The notes under the pieces were generated by a model. The model was given only the letters and a program-made list of their open reading frames with translations, did no database searches and was not told where the DNA came from. Made by a program: the position numbers and the translations under genes. This document shows positions 12,360 to 24,595 of a DNA stretch of 64,000 nucleotides, piece by piece. The DNA comes from Macrostomum lignano (lineage: Eukaryota), in assembly GCA_002269645.1 (NCBI GenBank), contig NIVC01000647.1, positions 428,979 through 492,978 of the forward strand, read 5' to 3'. Within the stretch, counting starts at the first letter, position 1. Each line of letters begins with the position of its first letter.

Positions 12360-13306
12360 CTTCTCAGCTCCGGTCTGTCAACTTCGTCGTCCTCCGAGGC
12401 GACCAACACGACGCCTTCGTTGTCACCGCCGGCGCCGCCATCAACTCCGTCGAAGTCTTCCTCCGGCTCAACCGGGATGGTGTTAATGAGCAGCTCCACT
12501 CCGCTATCGTCGCTGCCAGGCTGCGGCAGAGTCCTACCGCCATCTTTGCCATCTCTATTACGATCGTTAGACATGATTAGACTATCGTTAAGCTGCCGTA
12601 TAGCCTCCTCAATGCCGTGGTTGTTGCCAGGGCCAGCCTGAGGACTATTGCTGAGGACAGCGCGACGCTTCTTAGCAAATCGACCAGCTCGAGAACCGCG
12701 GCCGCCGCCGTCATTGTCAGTATCGGAGGATTCCTCCGGCGGGAAATAAGTCAAATATTGATTATCAGTGTCCGCATCGGCTTCGTAAGTTTGAAAGAGC
12801 CTGTCGTAGGTAGGTCGGTCTGCCGGCCTGAGCAGCGGTCTGAGATGGGGATGAGCTCTAGGCGGATCCAACAGCAGGTGGCGCAGAGCCAATACTAAGC
12901 CTCTGACATCGACTTCACCGCGTTTGTACTCTTCTAGATAGTACACCAGACTGCCGGCCTGCTCGGGTGACAAAATCTCGTTAGTCAGCTCGGCAACTAA
13001 ACCGGCAATATGCGGCTCCTGCTGCTGCTGCTCCATCATGCTAGCCAGACTCTGGTCTTGCAGCAGCAGACTCGGCTCCGAACGCCAGCGCCCATTGTTA
13101 GACCCGGAACCGCCGCCGGCTGTGGCCTGGGAGAATAGAGAATTAGCAAAAGTAGACTTGGCGTAGGGCAGCTTGCCTACACGTCGAATGGTTAGCGATA
13201 GGCGAGGCGGCGAACATTTCAGACGGGCAACCGCCTCGGAGTGGCTTTTGTCCAGTAGGGATTCGCCGTTCACTGTCAGGATCTCGTCGCCAACGCGTAG
13301 GCCAGC
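12360..13306 (-). CDS. WHRN: Whirlin exon 4 (C-terminal half of PDZ2, second harmonin-homology domain, linker)
   Basis: AGLRVGDEILTVNGESLLDKSHSEAVARLK...LTIRRVGKLPYAK resembles whirlin PDZ2; ILSPEQAGSLVYYLEEYKRGEVDVRGLVLALRHLL...LRPLLRPADRPTYD is the HHD. Acceptor ttcgcag at 13307-13308, donor AG|gtttga; 947 nt. Confidence 0.92.
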
Positions 13307-13569
13307 CTGCGAAATGAAATGGAAAGTACGTGCAATGCCGATATGTAGTGAAAACAGCTTTACACATAGCCCGTCGAACTTTTCACCCGGAATTTCGCCC
13401 GGAATTTTTTGCGTTCACCCGGACTTTTTTTCTTATTCCAGTAATGCAATCAGATCCGGGTGGAATTTCCGGATCTGTAACGAAAGTTTACAGAATCCGG
13501 GCGAATTTTCCGGATCAAAAAGAAAAATTCCGGAAAATTGACCCGGATCAATAAAAAAATTCCGGTGAC

Positions 13570-14400
13570 AATTCCGGGTGAATTCCGGGCGAGTGAACCG
13601 GATCAGCACACAATTCCGGGTGAGTGAACCGGATCAGCACACAATTCCGGGCGAGTGAACCGGATCAGCACACGAATCCGGGCTAAATTCCGGGCGAGTG
13701 AACCGGATCAGCACACAATTCCGGGTGAGTGAACCGGATCAGCACACAATTCTGGGCGAATTCCGGGTGAGTGAACCGGATCAGCACACAATTCCGGGTG
13801 AGTGAACCGGATCAGCACACAATTCCGGGCGAGTGAACCGGATCTGCACACGAATCCGGGCGAATTCCGGGCGAGTGAACCGGATCAGCACACAATTCCG
13901 GGTGAGTGAACCGGATCAGCACACAATTCTGGGCGAATTCCGGGTGAGTGAACCGGATCAGCACACAATTCCGGGTGAGTGAACCGGATCAGCACACAAT
14001 TCCGGGCGAGTGAACCGGATCTGCACACGAATCCGGGCGAATTCCGGGCGAGTGAACCGGATCAGCACACAATTCCGGGCGAGTGAACCGGATCTGCACA
14101 CGAATCCGGGTGAGTGAACCGGATCAGCACACAATTCTGGGCGAATTCCGGGTGAGTGAACCGGATCAGCACACAATTCCGGGTGAGTGAACCGGATCAG
14201 CACACAATTCCGGGCGAGTGAACCGGATCTGCACGCGAATCCGGGCGTATTCCGGGCGAGTGAACCGGATCTGCACGCGAATCCGGGCGTATTCCGGGCG
14301 AGTGAACCGGATCAGCACACAATTCCGGGCGAGTGAACCGGATCAGCACACAATTCCGGGTGAGTGAACCGGATCAGCACACGAATCCAGGTGAATTCTG
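13570..14400. repeat. About 31-bp subterminal tandem array of the transposon
   Basis: Unit ccgggcgagtgaaccggatcagcacacaatt with variants. Confidence 0.92.
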
Positions 14401-14965
14401 GATGATTGAACCGGATTTGCAGCCAAATCTTGGGCTTATCACAATAGCGGAAAATTAAAAAAAGAACGGGTCATTGTTATATACATTTTCCACGACTACG
14501 AATTGAATCGAATTCGATTTAGCCGTCCTCGAACAGAAATACTGAATCCAGTTGTACACAACTGTAAATCGTATATTTCTATGCACTTCTACGTACTTTC
14601 CGAAACAAAAAAATGCTGACCTTCTGAATGTCACTCGGATGGGCAGCTGGACTTCGATGCTACCATTAACTTTTTTTAAAGCCGTATACGGCTTTATATA
14701 CCTTATCGCGACATTCGATACTCTTCAGGGATCCCCATCGCCTACCTCTGATTGCATTCGTCAGGTGGGTCACTCGCTATACAGCTAATTAGCTAGTTAA
14801 CTCAAGTCAGCTGACTTGTCTATTAAACGTAGACAGCCAATGTCTCGAAGAGCGTTTCTAATGAAATCAAATCCAGCGAATTTGGCCTTAACAAAAACCT
14901 AGAAATTAATTGCAAATAAATGCGGTGGTGGTGTTATGCACTCGATCTTGGACATCGCCAGCATT

Positions 14966-15608
14966 TCACTCCTCGAGTAGCTCGACGTCTGGAGATAGCT
15001 CGATGTTTCCGGAAGTCGGCCCCTCATTTTCGGCAGCACTGGCGATTCGTCGCGCCTTCACCTGGTCCGCCTTCTTTTGCCGCTCTGCGGCTGGCCGAGA
15101 TTGAAAGAGCACTGCCTGGCTTCTCGCCCCGGTCGTGTCGGATTCCGACGAGCTCGTAGCGGAGATAGCTTCCAATCGAAGAACTTCAGCTTTCAGCTGA
15201 CGATTTTCGGCTTGAGCCTCCGACAGCTTTTCACGAACTCCGCTCAATTGATGGCCTATTAAGTACACAAAAATGAGGAGAGTGGCGAGGCAGATTCAAA
15301 CTTAAGAATCGACAACACATATATATATGAGGCTGCTAACGTCTTCTAGTATATGCATAAAAAACTTACACAGTTCGTCCTCGGCTTCGCCTTGGGCCCG
15401 AATCTGATCCATCATGGTAGTGCATGACGGGCATCGTGACGGCTGCGGTTGCTGCGACGGCACACGCGCCAAAGCAGTCGCTTCAATCGCTTGGGCCTTT
15501 CTATCCAAAGGCCCCTTCCAGAGAGTGGCGGAATACCCGGGATCCGGTACTCTTGTTAGCAGCTGTGACAACGTGATCTGCTCACGGCTGGTGCAACTGC
15601 AAACGCCT
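14966..15608 (-). pseudogene. Spliced ORF remnants inside the transposon (Cys-containing segment plus coiled coil), product unknown
   Basis: Segments SQLLTRVPD...EAEDEL and HQLSGVREKLSEAQAENRQLKAEVLRLEA can be joined in frame by ctgt|gtaagt ... ttaatag|gc. No recognisable family. Confidence 0.35.
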
Positions 15609-15972
15609 TAGACAAACCACTGGAGCATGTACCGGAATAATTCGGATTAGCGTCTATCTTAAGAGGAAAGCTGCTTTGCATACTGGGCCAGGTAGAGCTA
15701 TTTGGAACTATGCCACAGTCTCCGTCTAGACACCCAGCTGTGCCAAACAATATGGTTGGCTGATTATGCTTCTAAGCGTCAAATATGACGATAGAATCAT
15801 TCAGCCCGTTGACACATTAAGCAGCTGTAACAGACTACATGCCAGTGGAAGTCAAACCTCTCGCACACAAACAAACAATTTTTCAATTGTAACCTGTACG
15901 GAGGATGGGCTCAGCCTCACATTACGGACGCTACAGTGCCGCCATAAAGCAGATCAGTTGTCTCATCAAAGC

Positions 15973-16253
15973 GAGGCTTGATTACCCCTCGCAGGTCAGC
16001 TTAGCAGCTGCCTTGAGTCCCAACAGAAGCGAGGATTGATTATCCATCGCAGGTCAGCTTATCAGCTGCCTTGAGCCACAACAGAAGCGAGGATTGATTA
16101 TCCATCGCAGGTCAGCTTATCAGCTGCCTTGAGCCACAACAGAAGCGAGGATTGATTATCCATCGCAGGTCAGCTTATCAGCTGCCTTGAGCCACAACAG
16201 AAGCGAGGATTGATTATCCATCGCAGGTCAGCTTATCAGCTGCCTTGAGCCAC
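15973..16253. repeat. 58-bp tandem repeat (about 4.5 copies) between two ~400-bp direct repeats inside the transposon
   Basis: caacagaagcgaggattgattatccatcgcaggtcagcttatcagctgccttgagcca at 16021, 16079, 16137 and onward. Flanked by the duplicated segments ~15573-15990 and ~16300-16695. Confidence 0.88.
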
Positions 16254-17479
16254 ACGATATGGTTACCGACCATAGTAGTCCGTATAGACTACTCTAGACG
16301 TGATCTGCTCACGGCTGGTGCAACTGCAAACGCCTTAGACAAACCACTGGAAGCATGTACCGACAAGAATCGGATTAGCGTCTATCTTAATAGGAAAGCT
16401 GCTTTGCATACTGGGCCGTCTCCGTCTAGACACCCAGCTGTGCCAAACAATATGGTTGGCTGATTTTATGCTTCTAAGCGTCAAATATGACGATAGAATC
16501 ATTCAGCCCTTTGACACACTAAGCAGCTGTGATAGACTACATGCCAGTGGAAGTCAAACCTCTCGCACACAAACAGGGCACAATTTTTCAATTGTCACCT
16601 GTACGGAGGATGGGCACAGCCGCACATTACGGACGCTACAGAGCCGCCGAAAAGCAGATCAATTCACATTGCAATTTCGAGGCTTTATTACCCCTCGCTT
16701 TCCAAGAGGAATTAGCGCCGTTGACCAAATGGATGCCAGGGATTGCCTGATGGGATAGCCATTTGTGGGGTCTGTATTCAGCGGTTTTCCATCGGAGGCT
16801 TCCTCTTAAAATCCCCATGGTACTTGTATAATGGATGCCGGATTGATTCCGACTGAAGTGCCGAAATTTTCCCGGATCAGCTTCGCCCGGAATTTGGCTG
16901 AAATTTGGGTCAAGGGAGCTGATCTGGGTGAATTTTCCGGATCATTTGGTCCGGATCACTGGAGAATTCCGACTCAAGTTCCGAAATTTTCCCGGATCAG
17001 CTTCGCCCGGAATTTGGCTGAAATTCGGGTCAAGGGAGCTGATCCGGGTGAATTTTCCGGATCATTTGGTCAAGATCACTGGAGAATTCCGACTGAAATC
17101 CCGAAATCTCACCCGGAACATTTTCACCCGGAACACTATTGAAATTCGGGTCTACACCCAGAATTCCGTAGTGTTCCGGGTGAAAAATTCCGGAAAATCC
17201 AACCGGAACAGCTTTCCTTTTCCCGAAATTTTACCGGATCATATTTCCGGATCTTTTTCCGGAAAAAGGGGCTGTTCCGGGCCAAAAAAGCTGATCCGGG
17301 CGTTCACCCGGAAATCAATTAAAAATCGGGCCTGGATCACGAAATTCCGGGAAAAATTCCGGGTGAAAAGTTCGACGGGAGGTTAATAGGTTAAAAAAGC
17401 TGAAAGGGAACAAAAGTGGCGAAGAAGGTAGAAGAGAGGTGGAAATGGAGAAAGGGGAATGGATAGGAGTTAACAGGAG

Positions 17480-17982
17480 GCGAAGAGGGGATAACAGAGG
17501 GCGGAGGGGGGTGGAGAGGGGAGAACAGGGGGCGGAGAGGGAATAACAGGGGGCGGAGAGGGGAGAACAGGGGGCGGAGAGGAATTACCAGGGGGCGGAG
17601 AGGGAATACCAGGGGGCGGAGGGGATAACAGGGGCAGAGAGGGGATAACAGGGGGCTGAGAGGGGATAACAGGGGGCTGAGAGGGGATAACAGGGGGCTG
17701 AGAGGGGATAACAGGGGGCGGAGAAGGGATAAGAGGGGGCGGAGAAATGGATAACAGGGATCAGAGAGAGAGGATAACAGAGGGCTGAGAGAGGATAACA
17801 GGGGCTTAGAGGGGATAACAGGGGCTTAGAGGGGATAACAGGGGGCTGAGAGGGGATAACAGGGGGCTGAGAGGGGATAACAGGGGGCTGAGAGGGGATA
17901 ACAGGGGGCTGAGAGGGGATAACAGAGGGCTGAGAGGGGATAACAGGGGGCTGAGAGGGGATAACAGAGGGCTGAGAGGGGG
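17480..17982. repeat. 21-bp purine-rich minisatellite (gagaggggataacagggggct)
   Basis: Directly visible; degenerate toward the left end. Confidence 0.9.
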
Positions 17983-18036
17983 TATGTAAAAGCATACTAA
18001 GAAGGGAAAAAGCACAACAAGTTCCTTATCCCAAAC

Positions 18037-18339
18037 CTGTTCAGCCGCAGAGAAGGGATCCACAGCGCTAACAAAAATTCCTAAACCATAATCCGCTCCG
18101 CCGCGGACAGACACGCCCAGAGGTTGGCCTTGAACCAGAAGCTGCTTAACCGGCGGTCCAGCAGCATCGGCATGCAGAGGCGGCGGCGCGGGCGGGCTGA
18201 CGGGCCGGCCCTGGGCGTCAACCCAAGAGAACTGGCGCAGGGCGGACGAGTCGCCGGGCAGGTACGGCCTGCTAGGTGAGGCCGGCGATCGGAGCGCCAA
18301 ACGAAGAGGTCGACCGGACTTTTGAGCAGATTTAATTAG
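18037..18339 (-). CDS. WHRN: Whirlin exon 3 (end of PDZ1, linker, start of PDZ2)
   Basis: LIKSAQKSGRPLRLALR...FSWVDAQGRPVSPP (whirlin YTWVDPQGRSISPP)...LGVSVRGGADYGLGIFVSAVDPFSAAEQ. Acceptor ttttag at 18340-18341, donor CAG|gtttgg; 303 nt. Confidence 0.9.
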
Positions 18340-18739
18340 CTAAAACAAATTGTTATGGCTTCGCTGTTGTGTGTACGCAATTAATGAGTAGTTTTTATTT
18401 AAATAAAATTAGTTTCACACGCTAATTAAATATGCAGATTTAGCTAGAGGCAAGCAAACGCCTTCTATATCTACTGAGAACACAGTAATTCTTATCTGAA
18501 ATTAAACATTTGCCAGGAAGATTTTTGGTTTTTTGGCGACCGACTATTTTTCAGCTGGCTTATCAGTTTGTAGAGTCGCATTGTAAAATACAACTGCTGC
18601 CTCCGCTGAACATAGTAGAAATTATATATCTCGTATCGTTATTGGGAGTGCTAATATTGGCACTTTATGAGGAAGTAAAACCGATATCGGTAGACAGTTA
18701 TTAATGGAAGCAATTATTGCATATCGAAATACACGGGGA

Positions 18740-19040
18740 AGATGATAGAGGGGAAGAAAAGAAAGGGGAAAGGGGAAGAGGGGAAGAGGGAGGGGAAGAG
18801 GGGAAGAGGGGAAGAGAAAAGAGGAAGAGGGAAAGAGAAGAGTGAGGGGAAGAGAGAAGAGAGAGGGGAAGAGGGGAAGAGGCGAAGAGGAGAGAAGGGA
18901 AGAAGGAGAGAAGGGAAGAAGGAGAGGGAAAGAGGGGAAGATGGGAAGAGGGAGGGGAAGAGGGGAGAGAGAGGTGAAGAGGGGAAGAGAGAGGAGAGGG
19001 AAAAGAGAGGGAGAAGAGGAGAGGGAGCAGAGGAGAGGGA
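18740..19040. repeat. GA-rich low-complexity tract
   Basis: Degenerate gaggggaa repeats in whirlin intron 2. Confidence 0.85.
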
Positions 19041-19126
19041 GATAACAAGGACAAGCACTAAGAACCGAATCCCAGCATTCCCCAAGACTAAGGCATCCCC
19101 AACAAAACAAATCCCCATTCACTTAC

Positions 19127-19380
19127 AGCCACGGCTTCCCCATGCGCGAGTCCCGCAGCCGAAGTGTCGCCAACGCCGACCAGCTCGTCGCCGACCCGCA
19201 GCCCGCGCCTGTCGGCCTCGGAGTCCTCAACAACGGCAGACACATAGAGGCCGACTCCGAGCTCGGCGCCGCCGCGCAACGAGAAGCCGAAGCCTTGGCG
19301 CTCGTTCGGCGCCAGCTCGACGCCGCGGATTGGGCGCGACTGGGCTGCGGAGCCGTTGCTGGCGGGTCCCGGGGCGCTGG
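19127..19380 (-). CDS. WHRN: Whirlin exon 2 (PDZ1)
   Basis: ...GFGFSLRGGAELGVGLYVSAVVEDSEADRRGLRVGDELVGVGDTSAAGLAHGEAVA. Acceptor ttacag at 19381-19382, donor GCT|gtaagt; 254 nt, phase 1/0. Confidence 0.92.
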
Positions 19381-19430
19381 CTGTAAGAGGTTGACATTGT
19401 GGCAGCTTAGTGATTAGATACTGTAGATAC

Positions 19431-20170
19431 GATAGCTATTCTGTAGATGTGATAGCTATTCTGTAGATGTGATAGCTATTCTGTAGATGTGATAGCTATT
19501 CTGTAGATGTGATAGCTATTCTGTAGATGTGATAGCTATTCTGTAGATGTGATAGCTATTCTGTAGATGTGATAGCTATTCTGTAGATGTGATAGCTATT
19601 CTGTAGATGTGATAGCTATTCTGTAGATGTGATAGCTATTCTGTAGATGTGATAGCTATTCTGTAGATGTGATAGCTATTCTGTAGATGTGGTAGCTATT
19701 CTGTAGATGTGATAGCTATTCTGTAGATGTGATAGCTATTCTGTAGATGTGGTAGCTATTCTGTAGATGTGATAGCTATTCTGTAGATGTGATAGCTATT
19801 CTGTAGATGTGATAGCTATTCTGTAGATGTGATAGCTATTCTGTAGATGTGATAGCTATTCTGTAGATGTGATAGCTATTCTGTAGATGTGATAGCTATT
19901 CTGTAGATGTGATAGCTATTCTGTAGATGTGATAGCTATTCTGTAGATGTGATAGCTATTCTGTAGATGTGATAGCTATTCTGTAGATGTGATAGCTATT
20001 CTGTAGATGTGATAGCTATTCTGTAGATGTGATAGCTATTCTGTAGATGTGATAGCTACTCTGTAGATGTGATAGCTATTCTGTAGATGTGATAGCTACT
20101 CTGTAGATGTGATAGCTATTCTGTAGATGTGATAGCTATTCTGTAGATGTGATAGCTACTCTGTAGACGT
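19431..20170. repeat. Near-perfect 20-bp minisatellite (gatagctattctgtagatgt), about 37 copies, in whirlin intron 1
   Basis: Directly visible, with only a few substitutions. Confidence 0.98.
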
Positions 20171-20222
20171 GATTGAATTATAAAGCAACGTAAACTTCAT
20201 GATATAAGAAAGCAGGTCTCAC

Positions 20223-20667
20223 CCCTGCCACCCAGGCTGCTGCCGCTGCTAGCACGATTCTTCTTTTGCTGCTTTTTATGTCCATCCTCCTGCTGCGAAG
20301 CCGGCCTCATCAAAGGTAGAAAGTCCTGATTCTCGCACAGGTGCCTGAATCGTTTCTGATCGCCACGAGGCAGAGCTGTGGTTAGCAGAGGCACCAGCTC
20401 TGGCCGCTCGCTTATGTAAGGACCCAGCCGATGGACCAGGGTTGGCACATCCCGATCGCGCTGGTACTGACTCAGAATGCTGGTGATGAGCACCCTGTCA
20501 GCCTGGGAGAATCCGCTCTCCAAGTAGCTCTGAATATCTTGCACCAAAGGATTGTTGGACGATACAGAGGGCGAAGGCTGGCTGTGGCCGCCGCCAGCTC
20601 TCAGTCCCATAGTTGAAGTTGAAGCAGCCAGCTTTGACTTTCTTTTAGCTGAAGAGATAATATTCAT
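20223..20667 (-). CDS. WHRN: Whirlin coding exon 1 (N-terminal harmonin-homology domain)
   Basis: LESGFSQADRVLITSILSQYQRDRDVPTLVHRLGPYISERPELVPLLTTALPRGDQKRF is HHD-like. Donor AGG G|gtgaga, phase 1, matches exon 2. The start ATG is inferred. Confidence 0.8.
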
Positions 20668-23354
20668 AGTCGCTTTGATTCTTGCAATCTGTTAACAGTG
20701 CCCAGCAATCTTTGAAGCTATGCCTAGAAATTGAGACTCAAACTTTAGAGAAAGAATATAAACCTGAAGCCTAATTAATTATTTATTAGATGGCAATCAC
20801 GTGATTACCCCACTCTCCCATTTCTACTGTCTCTATCCCTTGAGCCTTGCTCACTGACAAGCTACAAGATATGCATTAATAATTGATTAAGGCATACGCC
20901 TAGGCCATGAAATTCTACAACTGCGACCTGCAATACCCAAATCTAACCCCTAAACCTTCCTTTTCGGACCAGTTGAGGCTGATAGGTCAGTTCCTGTGTC
21001 TTTGATTTAGCTGAAATGAACTAATTTTCATTTAGTTGACAAAAAATTAAGAATCTATTTCATCTTGCAAACAATCAATTTAATGATGACTATCAGGGGA
21101 TGATAGAATTACAAAACAGAGGTCACATGATGACAATTAAAGAATCTGTACACATGGAGTCTGCAAACTTTTGAAACTTCTGTGGGTCAAAAAAGGTTTT
21201 TATATAAAGTGCAAACTAAAATTTTTATATAATTATCCAGTTTTATTGTCAAAACTAGCTCTCTGTAGAAAGGTTGATTTCCATTGATTTTCAATTGATA
21301 TAGAAGGCTGATTTATTGTTCAGGCTTTTTAGTCTATTCAGCTAATAAAATGACCAACAAATATTTCCAAGGTTCAACAATATGAATGGACTGCAGTCAT
21401 CCTTAATTGGTCTGAAAATGAGTGCTGAAAGCTATAGATTTGACATACCCTGATTTCTAGTTTAAAAAAACTCTTTGGAAAAAAACCATTTCCTACTTTT
21501 TCTTATACCAACTAGATTGCCTGTAATGAACTCAAAAATGCATTTTACTTATAGAATTGAACCTACAATGTGGCACTTAACATTAGAATTACACTGACCA
21601 ATAGAAACAATTATTAAAAAATTCTTCAGATAATACTCTGTTGTCCACAATAAAGATTTAAAAATAAATTATAGTTAATAAATAAATAAAAATGAATTAT
21701 ACTACTATATAATCTTGCTTTGCTCTAAGAATTTTGAGCATGTTGAGCACAGGATGTTAAGCATAGAGCATAGCTTTTTCTGGCATATAAAGTGGATTTG
21801 GGTTAGGGCTATAGTGTAAAGATGGCTATATATAAAGGTAAGAACTCTAGTAAGCCTCTAGTGAGTCTGAAAGAGCAATAAAAATACTTACTATAGCATT
21901 ATTTTTTCAACAGAAAAAATCATAGTAAAATTAATTTTGTAATATTCAAAATACTTTTTCTATCAATTGCACTGATATTTTGCATTGCTAGCATCAATCC
22001 TTTACTACAAAAAAACTATCATGGAATCTGTTGCAAACAGTAGGTTTTTTTAATTTTGCCTCTACTTTTACCCACATAGTAATTTAAACATGGCCCTTTC
22101 CAATAACATGTGTTAACATAGGTATTTTACCAAGATAGGACAAAAACTTTTGCCTTAAAATGACAAAAAAAGAATATAAAAAGCAAATAGAATACCATTG
22201 AAAAACACAAGGCCATAGGTTGAATAGGATCTTAGATTTCTATAGAAGGTACCATATGCCAATAGACTGCAACAGAAAACAAAAGACAACTAGAAGGCAG
22301 CAAGCAATAAACAAAGCAAAAGAAGTAGCAAATAACTATTGAAGCCAAAATAGATCAATAGATGGCACCATGTAAGAAGCAGATAGTAGCTATCAGTAGG
22401 GCCTAGTACGCTCATAGATAGCATTAGGTTGTAATTGATAGTATCAGGCTTTAATAGATCATATTAGGCTATTTGCCTATAGCATATAATATCAATCTGT
22501 TATACCCAATAGAACCTTTTATTGACTCATTGCTCACTTTTTATTGCTGATTGCTACTACTATCTTGTTGAGATATAATTTCCCACAAATATAGCTGCTG
22601 AGTATGCATTTTTGCACCTGGACTCTTTCTGACAAATATATATACACAATTTGGTAATAATACCACATTTTCTAATATATTGTAAAATAAATATTGTTAA
22701 AGTTTTCTATTCATAATATTATTATTATTGCAATTCAAACTTGCAATGCCATTTAAAATAAAGCTTTCTACCATTTTTACTTATTTTTGCTTTTTTGGGA
22801 TCCTCAGGGAATGACAATAAATTCCCTAGGGTCCTTGCTAAGAAAATTCCCCAGAGAATTAACATCTCTAATATTGGCAGCTTCTAGTCAATTTGGCAAC
22901 AAGACAATCTGACAACAGACAATCTGGCAATAAATTTTTGTATATTTAATGTACTTAGGACTATATCTAATGTTTTATACATGTATATAGTGCTCTAGCT
23001 TTAATCTAAGATGCATCATGCAATCCTAATGTTGGTTACTATAGTAATTAAATTTTATCTTCCAAGTTAAATGTAAAGCTGCTTATTATGCAATACAATC
23101 CTATATAAATTGGACCTCAATATTTATATTAATTTATGCATATATTTGTTATTATATATGAACTATAAAAATATATAAGAGCTTTTAAGCAATCAATCAT
23201 TAAGATTCTTTTTCCTATTAAGAATATATACTAGCAATCTTTGCCCCCCCAATGGGGGACATCTAGATAGAATCTGTTCTCTATCTACAAGTAACAAAGA
23301 TAGCAAAATAAAGCCTTCACAAAGACAATAGACATTCCCTCTAAAAAGAAAACA

Positions 23355-23545
23355 TCCCAAGACAGCAAGCATCCCCCAGATAGCAAGCATCCCCCAGATA
23401 GCAAGCATCCCCCAGATAGCAACCATTCCCCAGATAGCAATCATTTCCTAGATAACAAGCATCCCCTAGATAGCAAGTATCCTCTAGATAGCAAGCATCC
23501 CCCAAATAGCAAGCATCCCCCAGATAGCAAGCATACCCCAGATAG
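23355..23545. repeat. 18-bp degenerate minisatellite (agcaagcatcccccagat)
   Basis: About 10 copies, directly visible. Confidence 0.85.
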
Positions 23546-23859
23546 CTGACATGTTGACATATGCTTGAGGCAATGGCTAGAGTTCTGGCACCAGAACCCT
23601 TTTTCTAAGGGCTATGTATCCGGCAGTCTTCAGTAGGCAGTTATCTACTAATAAAGTCTTTGAACATTAGAATCTTGTTTTGAATCTCATCATTTTGTTT
23701 TGATCTTATCTTGAACAAAATCTCAATATCAACCAGCCATTAAAAAATAAAATGTTGCTGCCATATTATACCCAAAAATTGCACTATTGGAATACCACTG
23801 CCAGATCCATAGTCCTTAGAAAATGGGTTCCAGTGCCAGAACTCAAGCCATTGCCTATG

Positions 23860-24595
23860 TTTGACATGGTGGCTCTATAATGTTTGACATGGTGGCTCTT
23901 TAATGTTTGACATGGTGGCTCTCTTATGTTTCACATAGAGTCACTTTTATGTTTTACATAGTGGCTCTTTTATGTTTGGCATAGTGGCTCTTTTATGTTT
24001 GACATGGCGGCTCTTTCATGTTTTACATGGTGGCTCTTTAATGTTTGATATTGTGGCTCTTTTATGTTTGGCATGGTAGCTCTTTTATGTTTGACATGGT
24101 GGATCTTTTATGTTTGACATGGTGGCTTATACATTGTGGCTTTTGTATGTCTGACATGGTGGCTCTTTAATGTTTGACATTGTGGCTCTTTTATGTTTGG
24201 CATGGTAGCTCTTTTATGTTTGAAGTGGTGGCTCTTTTTATGTTTGACATGGTAGCTCATTTTATGTTTGACATGGTGGATCTTTTATGTTTGACATGGT
24301 GGCTTTCGTATGTCTAACATGGTGGCTCTTTAATGTTTGACATTGTGGCTCTTTAATGTTTGACATGGTAGCTCTTTTATGTTTGACATTGTGGCTTTTT
24401 AATGTCTGACATAGTGGCTCTTTTATGCTTGACATGGTGGCTCTTTAATGTTTGACATGGTAGCTCTTTTATGTTTGGCATTGTGGCTTTTTAATGTCTG
24501 ACATAGTGGCTCTTTTATGTTTGACATGGTGGCTCTTTAATGTTTGATATCGTGGATCTTTCATGTTTGACATGGTGGCTCTTTAATATTTGACT
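23860..24595. repeat. About 24-25-bp degenerate minisatellite (atgtttgacatggtggctctttt)
   Basis: About 30 diverged copies. Confidence 0.9.

Larger units (their letters stand above)
13370..17379. mobile_element. About 4.0-kb non-autonomous DNA transposon, CMC/EnSpm(CACTA)-like, in whirlin intron 3
   Basis: Perfect 26-bp terminal inverted repeat cccgtcgaacttttcacccggaattt at 13370-13395 and 17354-17379. Flanked by AG/AG (2-bp target duplication). Long subterminal CCGG-rich repeat arrays at both ends. No transposase ORF. The superfamily call rests on the CCC termini plus 2-bp TSD. Confidence 0.8.
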
